Shown piece after piece: positions 17,840-27,759 of a stretch of DNA of 64,000 nucleotides. The notes below the pieces were generated by a model. The model did no database searches. It saw only the letters and a list, made by a program, of their open reading frames with translations, and had not been told where the DNA came from. The position numbers and the translations under genes are program-made. The stretch comes from Planctomycetota bacterium (GTDB lineage: Bacteria > Planctomycetota > Planctomycetia > Planctomycetales > Planctomycetaceae). The number at the start of each line of letters is the position of its first letter. The stretch's first letter is position 1. The stretch covers positions 166-64,165 of the forward strand of contig JANMEV010000377.1 in assembly GCA_031377305.1 (NCBI GenBank), written 5' to 3'.

Positions 17840-18613
17840 TGCGCCCCGGCCAGTGAATTACCTGAGTCGCCGAAAGCTTTTCGTTCAGACATGAGTTTGT
17901 CAATACCATGAAGAATACTGATGTGATTTACTTGCACGGTCGTTGTGGCTATCTGGCAATGAGGCTTCTCTGAAAGCAGACCTTGGCGAATTCATCGGAC
18001 GTGGGCGGACACACGGGACACAATATTGGCTACTCTAGGGAGTCGGGGCTGTTTCTGCTCTGTTTGGCGATTCGCTTGTGATTGGCTGTTTCAACATGCT
18101 GCAATCTGCAGTTCTGGTGGAAGCGCAGGGCGGCAGAGTTGGTTTTGGGCTCGGACTGGCATTACTACTTCTTGGTGGTTTGTTGATCCACAGTGGTTAT
18201 GCCAAGACGAATGCGGACGCATCGAATTCTATGAAAAAGGAGTGCATGTCGTCGGCGGAGCATGCAACCGGGCTGGCAATTCTATCACCCGGCAACGCTG
18301 AACATCGTTGTCATCAAGCCGGGGCCGTGGCTAAGTCTGGAAGAACTGAAATCCTGTTGCCTCCTCGAGTTGCAAATGTACGAATGGCGAATCGTTGACG
18401 GAGTTCTTGTGGGAACCGGCGACTACTTGTTCGGAGGTGGAAGCGAGCGTCTGAGCATCAACGAGACCGGTGAAGTCAACGATTTCAGCGTGGGTATGTC
18501 AAGACTCCTGCGTTTCAGTGAAGCGGCATCCATCGCTCGCTGCGATTGCGAGTTGAAGATGATTGAGTCTTAATGGGGGAACTGCAAAAGCTGCTACTGC
18601 TCGGCTTGTCTTG

Positions 18614-18838
18614 GCCTGTGAGGTCGTTCGTGACTCGATTGTGTGCTAACGTGACGACTCCGGAACCCGTTCGGTTGCCATTCTTATCGTACTGATAAGC
18701 CTCCGTCGTTTGATTCGCACCTGTGGCTGCTGTGACCTGATCGAAAGTGTCATACGCGTATGTGCGAGTCCCCGCCGGAGATGGGAAGGAATCAACTCGA
18801 CCGTGATCATTGGGATTTGGAGTTGCCTGTCGTCGCAC
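18614..18838 (-). pseudogene. RHS/YD-repeat gene fragment (relic)
   Basis: The translation GRVDSF..RTYAYDTFDQVTAA..EAYQYDKNGNRTGS..LAHNRVTND gives 3-4 consecutive YD-repeat units. The frame is closed by a stop only 3 codons upstream (18848-18850) and degenerates downstream. No full-length RHS ORF is present. Confidence 0.6.
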
Positions 18839-19055
18839 GTTTGCGACTCACGTGGCAGAATCGTCGGGGAGCATTTGATTTTTCCCAGTCCCTGGACGTC
18901 GCCGCTCGTTGGCAATATCGATCGCGTTGGTAAACTCTTTTTTGCTAATGGCCTTATAATGCTCTCGTTACTGCCGGTTTAATGCATGTTGCCGAATGCG
19001 GGCACTTGTGCTCCCGTTGTCGCCAGTTGGTTGTCTTTGAAAGTATCCCACTTCG

Positions 19056-20339
19056 ATGTCTGAACCTGAGATTCCCCAGTCCCTTCCCGGTGTTCAGCCT
19101 ACGGTACTGGCCCCCGAACCAGGCAATGCACCGGCGACGATTGATGTGGTCATTCGAAACCGCCGAGCTCAGCCATTTTTTGGGCGTCATCCATGGGTCT
19201 TTGCCGGCGCGGTTGACCACATCAAAGGCGCTGAACCGGACAAGATTACCGCGGGAACAACAGTGCGTCTGATGAGTTCCGAAGGACGATTCATCGCCTG
19301 GGGTCTTTATAATTCCATCAGCCGGATCGTCGTGCGACTGTATTCGTGGCGGCAGGATCTGGTTCTGGATGATTCGTTCTGGCTGGGTCTGATTCAGCAG
19401 GCCATCGCTTCTCGCCAGCAGTTGTTTGATCTGAAGTCGGCCAATACGGGCTGTCGATTGATCTTCAGCGAATCGGATGGCCTGTCTGGACTAACAGTCG
19501 ACTTGTACGGCGGCTACCTTCTGGTTCAGTTCACCAGTCTGGCATTGTTTCAACATCGTGAGCCGATTCTCGCTGCGTTGCAGAGCGAGTTAAATCCAAA
19601 AGGTGTTTGGCTTCGAACCGAAAAGGGGATGCGCGAAGCCGAGGGCCTGGAAGTTGTCGACGGACTTCTTTCTGGACAGGAGCCGCCTCGTCCGTTGTTC
19701 ATCGATGAGCATGGCGTTACCTACGGCGTTGATGTGCAGCAGGGGCAGAAGACGGGCTGCTATCTCGATCAGCGAGACAATCGTCTCGCCGCGAGTAGCT
19801 ATCTGAAGGGTGCTCGGGTTTTGGATGCGTTTTGCTTCTCCGGCGGTTTTGGAATAACCGCTTTAAAGCTTGGAGGAGCAGCGTCTGTTTTTGGCATCGA
19901 CTCGTCCGAGTCGGCTTTGGTTCTTGCCCGAGCCAATGCAGAACTGAATGGCGTGTCTGATCGATGCCAGTGGAAACGTGACGACGTGCGGCCCGCTTTG
20001 GAAGGCATGGTCGGGCAGGGCACTCTGTTTGATGCCGTCATACTCGACCCGCCTCGCATGGCGCGGACTCGGGGCGGTTCCGATCGAGCCGTGACTGGCT
20101 ACTCTAGGCTCAACCAACTGGCCGTTCAGGTATTGAAGCCGGGCGGAACGCTAATCACCTGCAGTTGTTCTGGTCTGGTTAGTCGAGCAGAGTTTCAGGA
20201 GATGCTGGGTGAAGTGGCCCGCGCGACGGGTCGGGACATTCAGATCCTCGAAAATCGTGGCCAGCCAGCCGACCATCCGGTGAGCGTCACATGCCCTGAA
20301 ACCGAGTACCTGAAAGTGATCATTTGCCGCGTGAATTAA
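19056..20339 (+). CDS. rlmI: class I SAM-dependent 23S rRNA (cytosine-C5) methyltransferase, RlmI-like
   Basis: PUA-like N-terminus (HPWVFAGAV), GQKTGCYLDQRDNR, VLDAFCFSGGFG (SAM motif I), ILDPP and TCSCS motifs. Confidence 0.8.
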   Translation: MSEPEIPQSLPGVQPTVLAPEPGNAPATIDVVIRNRRAQPFFGRHPWVFAGAVDHIKGAEPDKITAGTTVRLMSSEGRFIAWGLYNSISRIVVRLYSWRQDLVLDDSFWLGLIQQAIASRQQLFDLKSANTGCRLIFSESDGLSGLTVDLYGGYLLVQFTSLALFQHREPILAALQSELNPKGVWLRTEKGMREAEGLEVVDGLLSGQEPPRPLFIDEHGVTYGVDVQQGQKTGCYLDQRDNRLAASSYLKGARVLDAFCFSGGFGITALKLGGAASVFGIDSSESALVLARANAELNGVSDRCQWKRDDVRPALEGMVGQGTLFDAVILDPPRMARTRGGSDRAVTGYSRLNQLAVQVLKPGGTLITCSCSGLVSRAEFQEMLGEVARATGRDIQILENRGQPADHPVSVTCPETEYLKVIICRVN

Positions 20340-20579
20340 ATCGCTGCTGTCAAAACTTCGTGGAAAGAGCATCGCCGCGCAACATCGATTGAGACCGGGC
20401 AGGCTGGGTGGACTGTGTCAGCTGCGCGAAAACAATGATGCCACGCTGATTGAATGCCGATTCTCAAGATGGCACTGAATCTGCCTCCACGGATGGAATG
20501 CGCAGATTCTGCCGCTGACCGTTGTTTACAGGTAACAGGCCAGCAGTTTTGACGCATTTTGCCATAGCGAGGTTGAGCC

Positions 20580-22307
20580 ATGGGACGGCTAAAAATCGTG
20601 CTTTTTATCGCAGCTTTTGTTGCGACTGCACAGACCTCACCTGCTCAGCAACAATACTCGGAGGCATCACGTCAGCCCGCTGGGCAGCCGGGATTCGTCG
20701 TTGTTGGCGACGTGCAAACGCCGGATCACTTTCCTCTGTCAGCCTCTCGAACCACCGTGCGAGAAGCAGTGATGAGTGCCGTGTTGTTGAGCGATTCCGT
20801 CAGCGTTTCGATTTTACGAGGGACTCAGGATCGAGCTGTCTGGACTCAGATGATTTCTGCGACCGGCCAGGATTCGGGTGAGCTGGTGATGAATGACGAC
20901 GTGTTAGTCGTTCAGTCAATGTCGCCGGTTGCAGTGCCGTACATGAAAAATGCCGCGTTGCGCACTGAAGGTGGTGTACACATCATCGAACTGAAAAGTG
21001 ATGTGATTGCTGTCGGTGACGTGATGCAGCAAACGGTGGGTCTCCCGTCCCCGGAACACCTCGTCAACATTACCTGTCGCTTTCAGGGACGATCACCTGT
21101 GGCCAAAGCCAATCTCAGCGAACGAGTTGCTCACGGCGACGTGATTACAGTGTCGCGGGGCAGTCGAACACTGATGAAAGGATTTGGCAGTATCGTCCCA
21201 GCATTCTCAGAATGGACGGAACCTGCACCTGTGGCGATTCCGCGTTCCACATCTGTCGATCCGACACACCTTCAAAATGAAGCTTCGCCCACAATGTCGT
21301 TCGACCAGATGGACGGGCCGCCGTTGCAGATGACTGATGCGTTTGCTTTTCCCATGATGGAACCCGCCGAGCCTGTTGAATCGCCGGTTGTCGGGGATTC
21401 AGTGTCTAATTCTGAGTCACCGGTTGCCGTACAGTCGGTGTCGCAGGCCAGTCCTTTCTCAGACGTTGTCAGTGCTCCGGATGCTCCGATCGAACAGCCG
21501 ATTATGAACACGGATGGCGCCAAGGCTACATCAAACGCTTTGAGTCCGTGGAATCTGGTTTTCATCGGTGGCCTTCTGGCTGCGGGGCTCCTGATTTTGG
21601 CGGGATCGTTGAAGTCGGAAGACGCTGGTTTCAACAGTGCCTCGTCAGTGAAAGTCTCAGAGATTCAGTCAGCGGTGGTCACCGAATTTGCGACGAATTC
21701 TCCCGAAGCCGATTCGTTGCTTCGAAAAGATCTTCGGCCAATTCAGTTGCGGAAGAACATCGCCTCGGAAGAAACGGCCGTTGAGTACGTGGTACGCGAA
21801 GTTACTTTTGAGGCCGATGCCGAAGCTGTTGTTGCCAGCGTGACTCCGGTCAATTTGGTTGCAACGAGCGAATGGTTCGGAGGCGACTGGCAGTCAAAGA
21901 ATGGAACGGTGAATTCTGATCGGGCAACCGTCGCTGACGCGACTGTTGCGGGTCGCATGATGGAGAACGAAGCAACTGCTTTTGTTAAATTTGCTGTTTC
22001 TCCAATCGGACAAGTTGCTTCGGAAGTTGAAACTGTCACCAGTCAATCGGATCTTGCTGAGCTGGAAGACCTTCTTCAGAATCGCCTGCCGATTGATCTT
22101 TGTGAAACCAAACTCCCACTGCGAATTTCACTCTTTGGTCGGCCAGCAGGCCCACGCCGTTTGCGAATCGACGCTGCTCATTCGGTTCTTTCAGGCCCAC
22201 ACACCAACATGTCGGCCGAACGAAAACGGGACGAGAAAAAGACGGTCGATACCGCTGGCAGTTTGGATCGAGCACTTCACTCTCTGCAGGAACGGACAGA
22301 CTCATGA
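20580..22307 (+). CDS. bitopic membrane protein: signal peptide, two SLBB/SAF-like beta-grasp modules, one TM helix, cytoplasmic tail
   Basis: Signal peptide MGRLKIVLFIAAFVATAQTSPAQ. Two segments fit the 'vvV.GdV..P..f.l....tv.eav..a.......v.i.R.......gd.i.V' pattern. TM helix LSPWNLVFIGGLLAAGLLILAGSL at about 21543-21615, followed by a C-terminal tail of about 230 aa. Confidence 0.65.
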   Translation: MGRLKIVLFIAAFVATAQTSPAQQQYSEASRQPAGQPGFVVVGDVQTPDHFPLSASRTTVREAVMSAVLLSDSVSVSILRGTQDRAVWTQMISATGQDSGELVMNDDVLVVQSMSPVAVPYMKNAALRTEGGVHIIELKSDVIAVGDVMQQTVGLPSPEHLVNITCRFQGRSPVAKANLSERVAHGDVITVSRGSRTLMKGFGSIVPAFSEWTEPAPVAIPRSTSVDPTHLQNEASPTMSFDQMDGPPLQMTDAFAFPMMEPAEPVESPVVGDSVSNSESPVAVQSVSQASPFSDVVSAPDAPIEQPIMNTDGAKATSNALSPWNLVFIGGLLAAGLLILAGSLKSEDAGFNSASSVKVSEIQSAVVTEFATNSPEADSLLRKDLRPIQLRKNIASEETAVEYVVREVTFEADAEAVVASVTPVNLVATSEWFGGDWQSKNGTVNSDRATVADATVAGRMMENEATAFVKFAVSPIGQVASEVETVTSQSDLAELEDLLQNRLPIDLCETKLPLRISLFGRPAGPRRLRIDAAHSVLSGPHTNMSAERKRDEKKTVDTAGSLDRALHSLQERTDS

Positions 22308-23353
22308 TTTGCGCGATCGATTTTGGCAGTTGTTGGATTCGTTCCGTGTTTCGGAATCCGCAAGCTCCTGAACGGCTTTCGATGTACGCAGAGAAAGCAG
22401 AATACGCGTTGGTTGCTAACAGCGAACAGCATCGACGGACACTGCAGGAACAGCAGATCCCATTTGCCGAATGCGAAGGATCGCTGGTGGTTGTGGGTAA
22501 CAACGCAGCGAAGGCTCAATGGCTTAGCCGCGTTCCCTGCACACCACTTCTGGTCGACGGAACGGTGCCAACGGACGACGCGCCGGCCAGACAGATCCTA
22601 AGTGTTCTGGCCGACGCGATTCTGCCACCATTGGATGACAGCCGGAATCTTTGTGTTCTGACAATACCGGGTGTTTGCGATAACTCCTCGAAATCGAAAC
22701 GCAGCGAGGAGTTTTTGACCCGCCTGATTCAAATGCGGGGATACACATCGTTGATTGTGGACCCCGCGGAAGCTGCGTTGCTAGCCAGTTGCAGCGATGC
22801 GTACTTCACCGGAATCAGTGTTGTTATGGGGGCTGAAACGACAGCGATTTGCATCGCTCGTTATGGCATGCCACTCGCTTCCGAGACGATTGCCATTGGT
22901 TCCAACTGGATCGATTCCGAGATCGCCCGCCACTTCAGGATTCAGGTTTGGGATGAGAGCGGAAACGCCTATCTTGATCTTGAGAGCGTTCGGCAATGGA
23001 AAGAGCAGGGGAGTGTGCATCTTCGAAGTGCGATCGGTGATCGCGAACGCATGATGTCGCGGCTATATTCCGTCGTGCTTGATCGAGTCACTCGCACGGT
23101 TGCGCAAATGTTGAATTCAACAGCCGTTCGAAATGCATTACAGAAACAGCGGCTGGCGGTGATGTTGTCTGGCGGTGCCACAATGGTCGAAGGCTTTGCG
23201 GGTTTGCTGACCGAGCGATTTATCGATCAGGAAATCGCTGAGCGAATTCTTTCCATTCGATGTGCTCAGGATCCATGCACCGCCGTTATCCGCGGCGCAC
23301 TGATTTACGGCGAACTGGAATCGCGTGCACTGGCTGTTGAGGAAGCAGCGTAG
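22304..23353 (+). CDS. divergent actin-fold (ASKHA) ATPase, MreB/ParM/PilM-like
   Basis: AIDFGSCWIRS (phosphate-1-like), ISVVMGAETTAICI (phosphate-2-like, with Met where Asp is usual) and VMLSGGATMVEGF (adenosine motif). Its start overlaps the upstream stop (ATGA at 22304-22307). Confidence 0.65.
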   Translation: MICAIDFGSCWIRSVFRNPQAPERLSMYAEKAEYALVANSEQHRRTLQEQQIPFAECEGSLVVVGNNAAKAQWLSRVPCTPLLVDGTVPTDDAPARQILSVLADAILPPLDDSRNLCVLTIPGVCDNSSKSKRSEEFLTRLIQMRGYTSLIVDPAEAALLASCSDAYFTGISVVMGAETTAICIARYGMPLASETIAIGSNWIDSEIARHFRIQVWDESGNAYLDLESVRQWKEQGSVHLRSAIGDRERMMSRLYSVVLDRVTRTVAQMLNSTAVRNALQKQRLAVMLSGGATMVEGFAGLLTERFIDQEIAERILSIRCAQDPCTAVIRGALIYGELESRALAVEEAA

Positions 23354-23601
23354 CACATTGATGCTCGCTGACCGGACGAGTCAACAAATGCCATGCGATG
23401 CTGAATTGCGTCGATGCCGGACAATTGGCTTCGGGGGAGGTAGGGACATTCACAGTCGCGACTGACTGGACAACTCACGGCTTCCAAGCCTCAGCGACAT
23501 GAAGTAACACGCCGCTGAGAACTCCGTTGACCTTCTCAGTGAAGGAAATCGATAAGCATCGCTGCCGGTTGGGTGCCCAGTGTCGCGACCTGGCGCAACG
23601 T

Positions 23602-26067
23602 TTAGTTGTCTACGACTTCCATACTGGACGCCCCGAGCAGCCGCGATCCTGAGGCCGGGTTTTCGTTGCCGTTGACTTCGGCTGATTTGCCGTTTCGTTC
23701 GGAATAGTAGTACCCGTAGTAACCACGTCGCTCGAATTCGGACCCGCTTCCATAGGTATTCACGACACAGCCAAGCATCTTGGCTCCCGCTGCACGCAGC
23801 GACTCAACAGAGTCGATGACTTGCTGCTTTGTATCGTTGGACGACCTTACCACCAAAATCATGCCATCTGATTTTTGAGCCACAATAACTGGATCGGAAA
23901 CGGCAAGCACGGGACCAACGTCGACGACAACCAGCTCAAACTTTTCCGACAGCGACTTCAGGAACTGATCGAAGATCTCATTTTGCAGTAACTCCGAAGG
24001 GTTCACAGCGCCGGAACCCGCTGTCATCAAGGTCAGGTTCTTGACGCCCGACGGAACGAGTGCGTCGTCGATGGTTGCCTTTCCTTTCAGCACATCTGAA
24101 AGGCCGATTTCATCAGGTACGTTAAACCGTTTGTGAAATGTTGGTCGTCTCATATCGGCTTCGACCAACACGACGGTCATATTCAACTTGGCGAATGCCC
24201 CGGCAATGTTTGCCAGGATCGTTGTCTTTCCGTCTCCGGGCAAAGGACTTGTTGCAGAAATGATTTTCAGCTTGCCCGATCGGACATCGTTAAGCAACAG
24301 GGTACGAAGCATTCGAAATGACTCGCCTTCCGGAGAATTGTCCATCACAATCGGAAGGCTTCCGTCTGTCTTGATGCGTCCGACGCGAGTCAAAATTGGA
24401 AGGCCAATGGCACTGTCAATTTCGGAAGTCGAACGAAATCTTGTATCCAGTTGGTCGATCACCAGTGCCGCAAAGAGTCCGCCGATGAGTCCAATCATGA
24501 GTCCGCCAACTCCGCAAAGTGGAAGGCTTGGCCAAACCTGTTCGCCTTTTCGAGGCGACTCCAGAAGTTCATGAATGTAGCCGTGCATTCCAGACGCCAG
24601 ATTCAGCTCACGAAGCTGCTCGACCAATCCGTCGAACAATGTCTGAGTGCGATCGACTCGAGATTTGAGGATGCCCTCCCTTAGTTCAAAATCCACCAGC
24701 ATTCGAGCCTGCTTGTCAGCATCGGCAATCAGAATGCCGAGTTCTCTTCGCCGTTCACTGATGGCACTTATGTCATTCTTCAGAAATGCGATATAGGCTC
24801 TAAGCAAGTCTTCTGCGGTTAGCTGAGAGTCGTCTTCCCCGAGCACAAGGTCGGAACTTCGCTCGTTGACAAACTCCTTAACTCCCTTGATTTCTTCGTC
24901 CAGCTTTTTCACGTCTGGATGGCCGGGGCCGAAATCAGCTTCTAATCGACGCTTATCCGACATGAGCCGCAGCATATGGGAGTAACTTGTGCGAGCCTCT
25001 TCAAGTCGTTCCGGCTGATCAGCGAGGAAGCCCGCTGTTTTCGCGGAGTTTGCCTGAAGGCCGGCAAACACGCCCAGTCTTGCGAGACTGTCGGTGTCTA
25101 TCACGCCAAGGTCATCAATATTGATTCCATCGCCGTCTTTCCTCGCTTCATAGACAGTCATCGCTTTTTCGAGTCGAGATTTACTTGAGGACTCCTGAAT
25201 ATCCAGCGTCAGCAGTTCTTCGTGCAGGCGACGATACTGTTCAAGATAGACATTGCTGCTGCCGTCTCCCTGAAACAACACCGGGGCATTTTGGCGCGAA
25301 GTAATGTACTCCTGCTGGACCTTTTCGAGTTCCTGCTCAAGTTTATTGCGGCCCTCTTCGACGATGCCGTTTGCTTCCGACATCGCCTTTGTTAGCTGGT
25401 CGCCCAAAAACAATTGGTACTCAACTACGATGGCTTCGAGAATCAGCCGACAATCATCGGGGTTCGTGTGCTCAAAAGAAATGGAAAGACTGCGAGCGTC
25501 CTTTGCAGTGCCTTCACCCCCTCGAGTGAGCTTCATGTGTTCAATCACGTAATCTGTCGCGTCGCCCTTGTCCTCGGTCACGTTCTCCAAAATTGACTTA
25601 AGCTTATCCAGGTTGTGGCGACTCAAAGCTCCTTCGACGATTCGTCGGCTGCGAAGAACTTCCATGTGGTTGGCAAGAACATCTTCGTCCACCATGTCTT
25701 CAGAGTTGGTGGTTGCCGGTCCGGCAGAAGCCAGTCGCGGATCTCTTTGGCTAACAAGGACTTTGGCTTTCGATTCGTACCAAATCTTTGCCTTTGTCCA
25801 ATACAGCATCGATAGTGCCAGGCCGAGACTCATAATGGCCAGGATCACCCACCGTTGACGGCGGAGAATCTCCGAGAGCTGCAGTGATGGCTGGGACTGC
25901 ATCGAGTCTGCAAAAACGACCTGACTGACACGATCAGACTGCGAAGAATTCTTGGACGTAGCCTTCATCACTGACTTTCTGCTCGACTCCAGCGTTTTCT
26001 TTTGCTGGCAAAAATGTTGTCTCACAGCGAAACGGCACGAAATGCGTAGAAGTACCCATCGTGCCAT
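23602..26067 (-). CDS. polysaccharide co-polymerase / tyrosine autokinase (Wzc/GumC-type BY-kinase)
   Basis: Wzz-like N-terminal TM followed by a long coiled periplasmic region. Second TM (GVGGLMIGLIGGLFAALVI), Walker A (PLPGDGKTT), Walker A'/B (VVLVEADMRRP, LVVVDVGP) and a C-terminal Tyr cluster (RRGYYGYYYSE). Alternative start at the ATG at 25968. Confidence 0.85.
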   Translation of the reverse strand: MARWVLLRISCRFAVRQHFCQQKKTLESSRKSVMKATSKNSSQSDRVSQVVFADSMQSQPSLQLSEILRRQRWVILAIMSLGLALSMLYWTKAKIWYESKAKVLVSQRDPRLASAGPATTNSEDMVDEDVLANHMEVLRSRRIVEGALSRHNLDKLKSILENVTEDKGDATDYVIEHMKLTRGGEGTAKDARSLSISFEHTNPDDCRLILEAIVVEYQLFLGDQLTKAMSEANGIVEEGRNKLEQELEKVQQEYITSRQNAPVLFQGDGSSNVYLEQYRRLHEELLTLDIQESSSKSRLEKAMTVYEARKDGDGINIDDLGVIDTDSLARLGVFAGLQANSAKTAGFLADQPERLEEARTSYSHMLRLMSDKRRLEADFGPGHPDVKKLDEEIKGVKEFVNERSSDLVLGEDDSQLTAEDLLRAYIAFLKNDISAISERRRELGILIADADKQARMLVDFELREGILKSRVDRTQTLFDGLVEQLRELNLASGMHGYIHELLESPRKGEQVWPSLPLCGVGGLMIGLIGGLFAALVIDQLDTRFRSTSEIDSAIGLPILTRVGRIKTDGSLPIVMDNSPEGESFRMLRTLLLNDVRSGKLKIISATSPLPGDGKTTILANIAGAFAKLNMTVVLVEADMRRPTFHKRFNVPDEIGLSDVLKGKATIDDALVPSGVKNLTLMTAGSGAVNPSELLQNEIFDQFLKSLSEKFELVVVDVGPVLAVSDPVIVAQKSDGMILVVRSSNDTKQQVIDSVESLRAAGAKMLGCVVNTYGSGSEFERRGYYGYYYSERNGKSAEVNGNENPASGSRLLGASSMEVVDN

Positions 26068-26522
26068 TCATTTTCGCTGAAACGAACTGCATTGAAGCGT
26101 ATTACTTGTCACCGTCTGGCCTCGCAAGTAGTTTCCTGTTTTTCCCGGCAAATGTCCAAATGCGGCCGCTCGCTGTTGCAGATAAAATCAACAATCCCAG
26201 AGGATCATGCTAAACAGGCGACTTTAGGGAAGATCGGATGTGGTTGCTTCCGTTGTTTTGGAATTTGTTTTGCTCCACTTGTCGATCCATTGTTTGAGGC
26301 GTTTTTGAGGGATCCGGCCAGCTACAGCACAGCATAAAGAACGGACGACGTTTTGATTCGAAAACTTGCGTCGCAAACGACCTCCTTTGACTACCAAACG
26401 TGGCATTCTAGAATCCGCACCGCCGCGATGCTGTCATTAGCCAGCCTGACCAATTTCCAATGTTTTGAAACTTGGCCGTCTGCGGCTGATTTACGTTCAA
26501 ATTCCTCTGGAGCAGCTCAATA

Positions 26523-27626
26523 ATGAAAGCCATTGCCGTCCGCCCTGGCACCCCGAACAGTGTTCATCTTGCCGAACTGGCGAAGCCGACGTTGGGCGAT
26601 GTCCCAAACGGTCGAGGGGTAATGGTGCGAGTCCTGAAGGTCGGCGTGGATGCCACGGACCGCGAAATCAACGATTCACTCTACGGAAACGCTCCTGCAG
26701 GGTTTGACTTTCTGGTGATTGGCCACGAATGCTTCGGGATGGTGACAGAAGTCGGACCGAACGTGCGGAAGGTGAAGCCTGGCGATTACGTCACGTGCAC
26801 TGTTCGTCGGCCAGGCGGTTCCATCTACGATCAGATCGGACGATCTGATATCACCAGCGAAGAGCAGTACTACGAGCGAGGAATCAACCTGCGACATGGT
26901 TATCTGACCGAGTACTTCGTCGATGACGAAGAGTTCATCGTGCGAATGCCGGTTGGATTGAAGCATCTGCATGTGCTCGCCGAACCAATGAGCTGCGCTG
27001 CAAAGGCTGTCGAACAGGCTTTTCTGGCTCAGAAGAGACTTCAAGTTTGGGAACCAAAGCGTGCATGGGTCACCGGGGCAGGGCAGATTGGACTGCTTTC
27101 CACTCTGATTCTTCGATTGCGAGGTATGGAAGTTTTCACTTTGGCTCGCGGCCGAAAGCCGAACCTGAAGGCCGAGATCGCGGAAGGTCTTGGCTCTCAC
27201 TACATCAGCACGTCTGACATGACGATGTCGGAACTGGCTGCCAAACATGGCAAGCCGGACCTGATCATCGAAGCAACCGGAAGCAGTGCGATTGCGTTTG
27301 AAGCCATGCAAATCCTTGGTCACAACGGCTGCATGGTTTGGACGAGCATTACGGGTGGCCAGCGTAAGGTTGAAGTCCCCGGCGACAATATTAACCTGAA
27401 TTGGGTGCTTGGCAACAAACTGCTGGTCGGTTCCGTGAATGCCAACTTCCGCCATTTTGAGTCCGGAATCGCCGACCTTGCACTGGGAGAAGTGACCTAT
27501 CCCGGAGTCATTCAAAAGATCCTGACGAACGCCGTCAAGGGTCTGGACAACTACAAGGAAATGATGCGTCTGCTGGTAGAAGACCGGGACGCGCTGAAGG
27601 TCTACGTCGATGTGGCCGAAGGCTGA
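26523..27626 (+). CDS. zinc-dependent glucose 1-dehydrogenase-like MDR (archaeal type)
   Basis: MKAIAV..., [61 protein letters not shown] and [13 protein letters not shown]. As I recall the sequence, this pattern closely follows Haloferax-type GlcDH. Confidence 0.75.
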   Translation: MKAIAVRPGTPNSVHLAELAKPTLGDVPNGRGVMVRVLKVGVDATDREINDSLYGNAPAGFDFLVIGHECFGMVTEVGPNVRKVKPGDYVTCTVRRPGGSIYDQIGRSDITSEEQYYERGINLRHGYLTEYFVDDEEFIVRMPVGLKHLHVLAEPMSCAAKAVEQAFLAQKRLQVWEPKRAWVTGAGQIGLLSTLILRLRGMEVFTLARGRKPNLKAEIAEGLGSHYISTSDMTMSELAAKHGKPDLIIEATGSSAIAFEAMQILGHNGCMVWTSITGGQRKVEVPGDNINLNWVLGNKLLVGSVNANFRHFESGIADLALGEVTYPGVIQKILTNAVKGLDNYKEMMRLLVEDRDALKVYVDVAEG

Positions 27627-27759
27627 TGGCGATAACGCGTTAGACTCATTTTCAGCAGCACGTGAACACGGAGCTTGCATCCTTAAGAAAGCTTGCAAAG
27701 TGTGCGGCCTTTGGCAACGAGCCAACGACCTCCCTTGCCATTTGGGCTTTCAGGCCTCG

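Noticed and set aside
26676-27725. 349-aa ORF antisense to the glucose-dehydrogenase-like gene. Similar long antisense or shadow ORFs occur at 13580-14776, 44836-45630, 58074-58928, 58238-58840, 43743-44366, 51314-52305 and 41865-42314.
   Set aside because: Each lies entirely inside a gene on the other strand that has strong family motifs. Their translations are Arg/Ser/Pro-rich with no motifs. This is typical of shadow ORFs in moderately GC-rich DNA.
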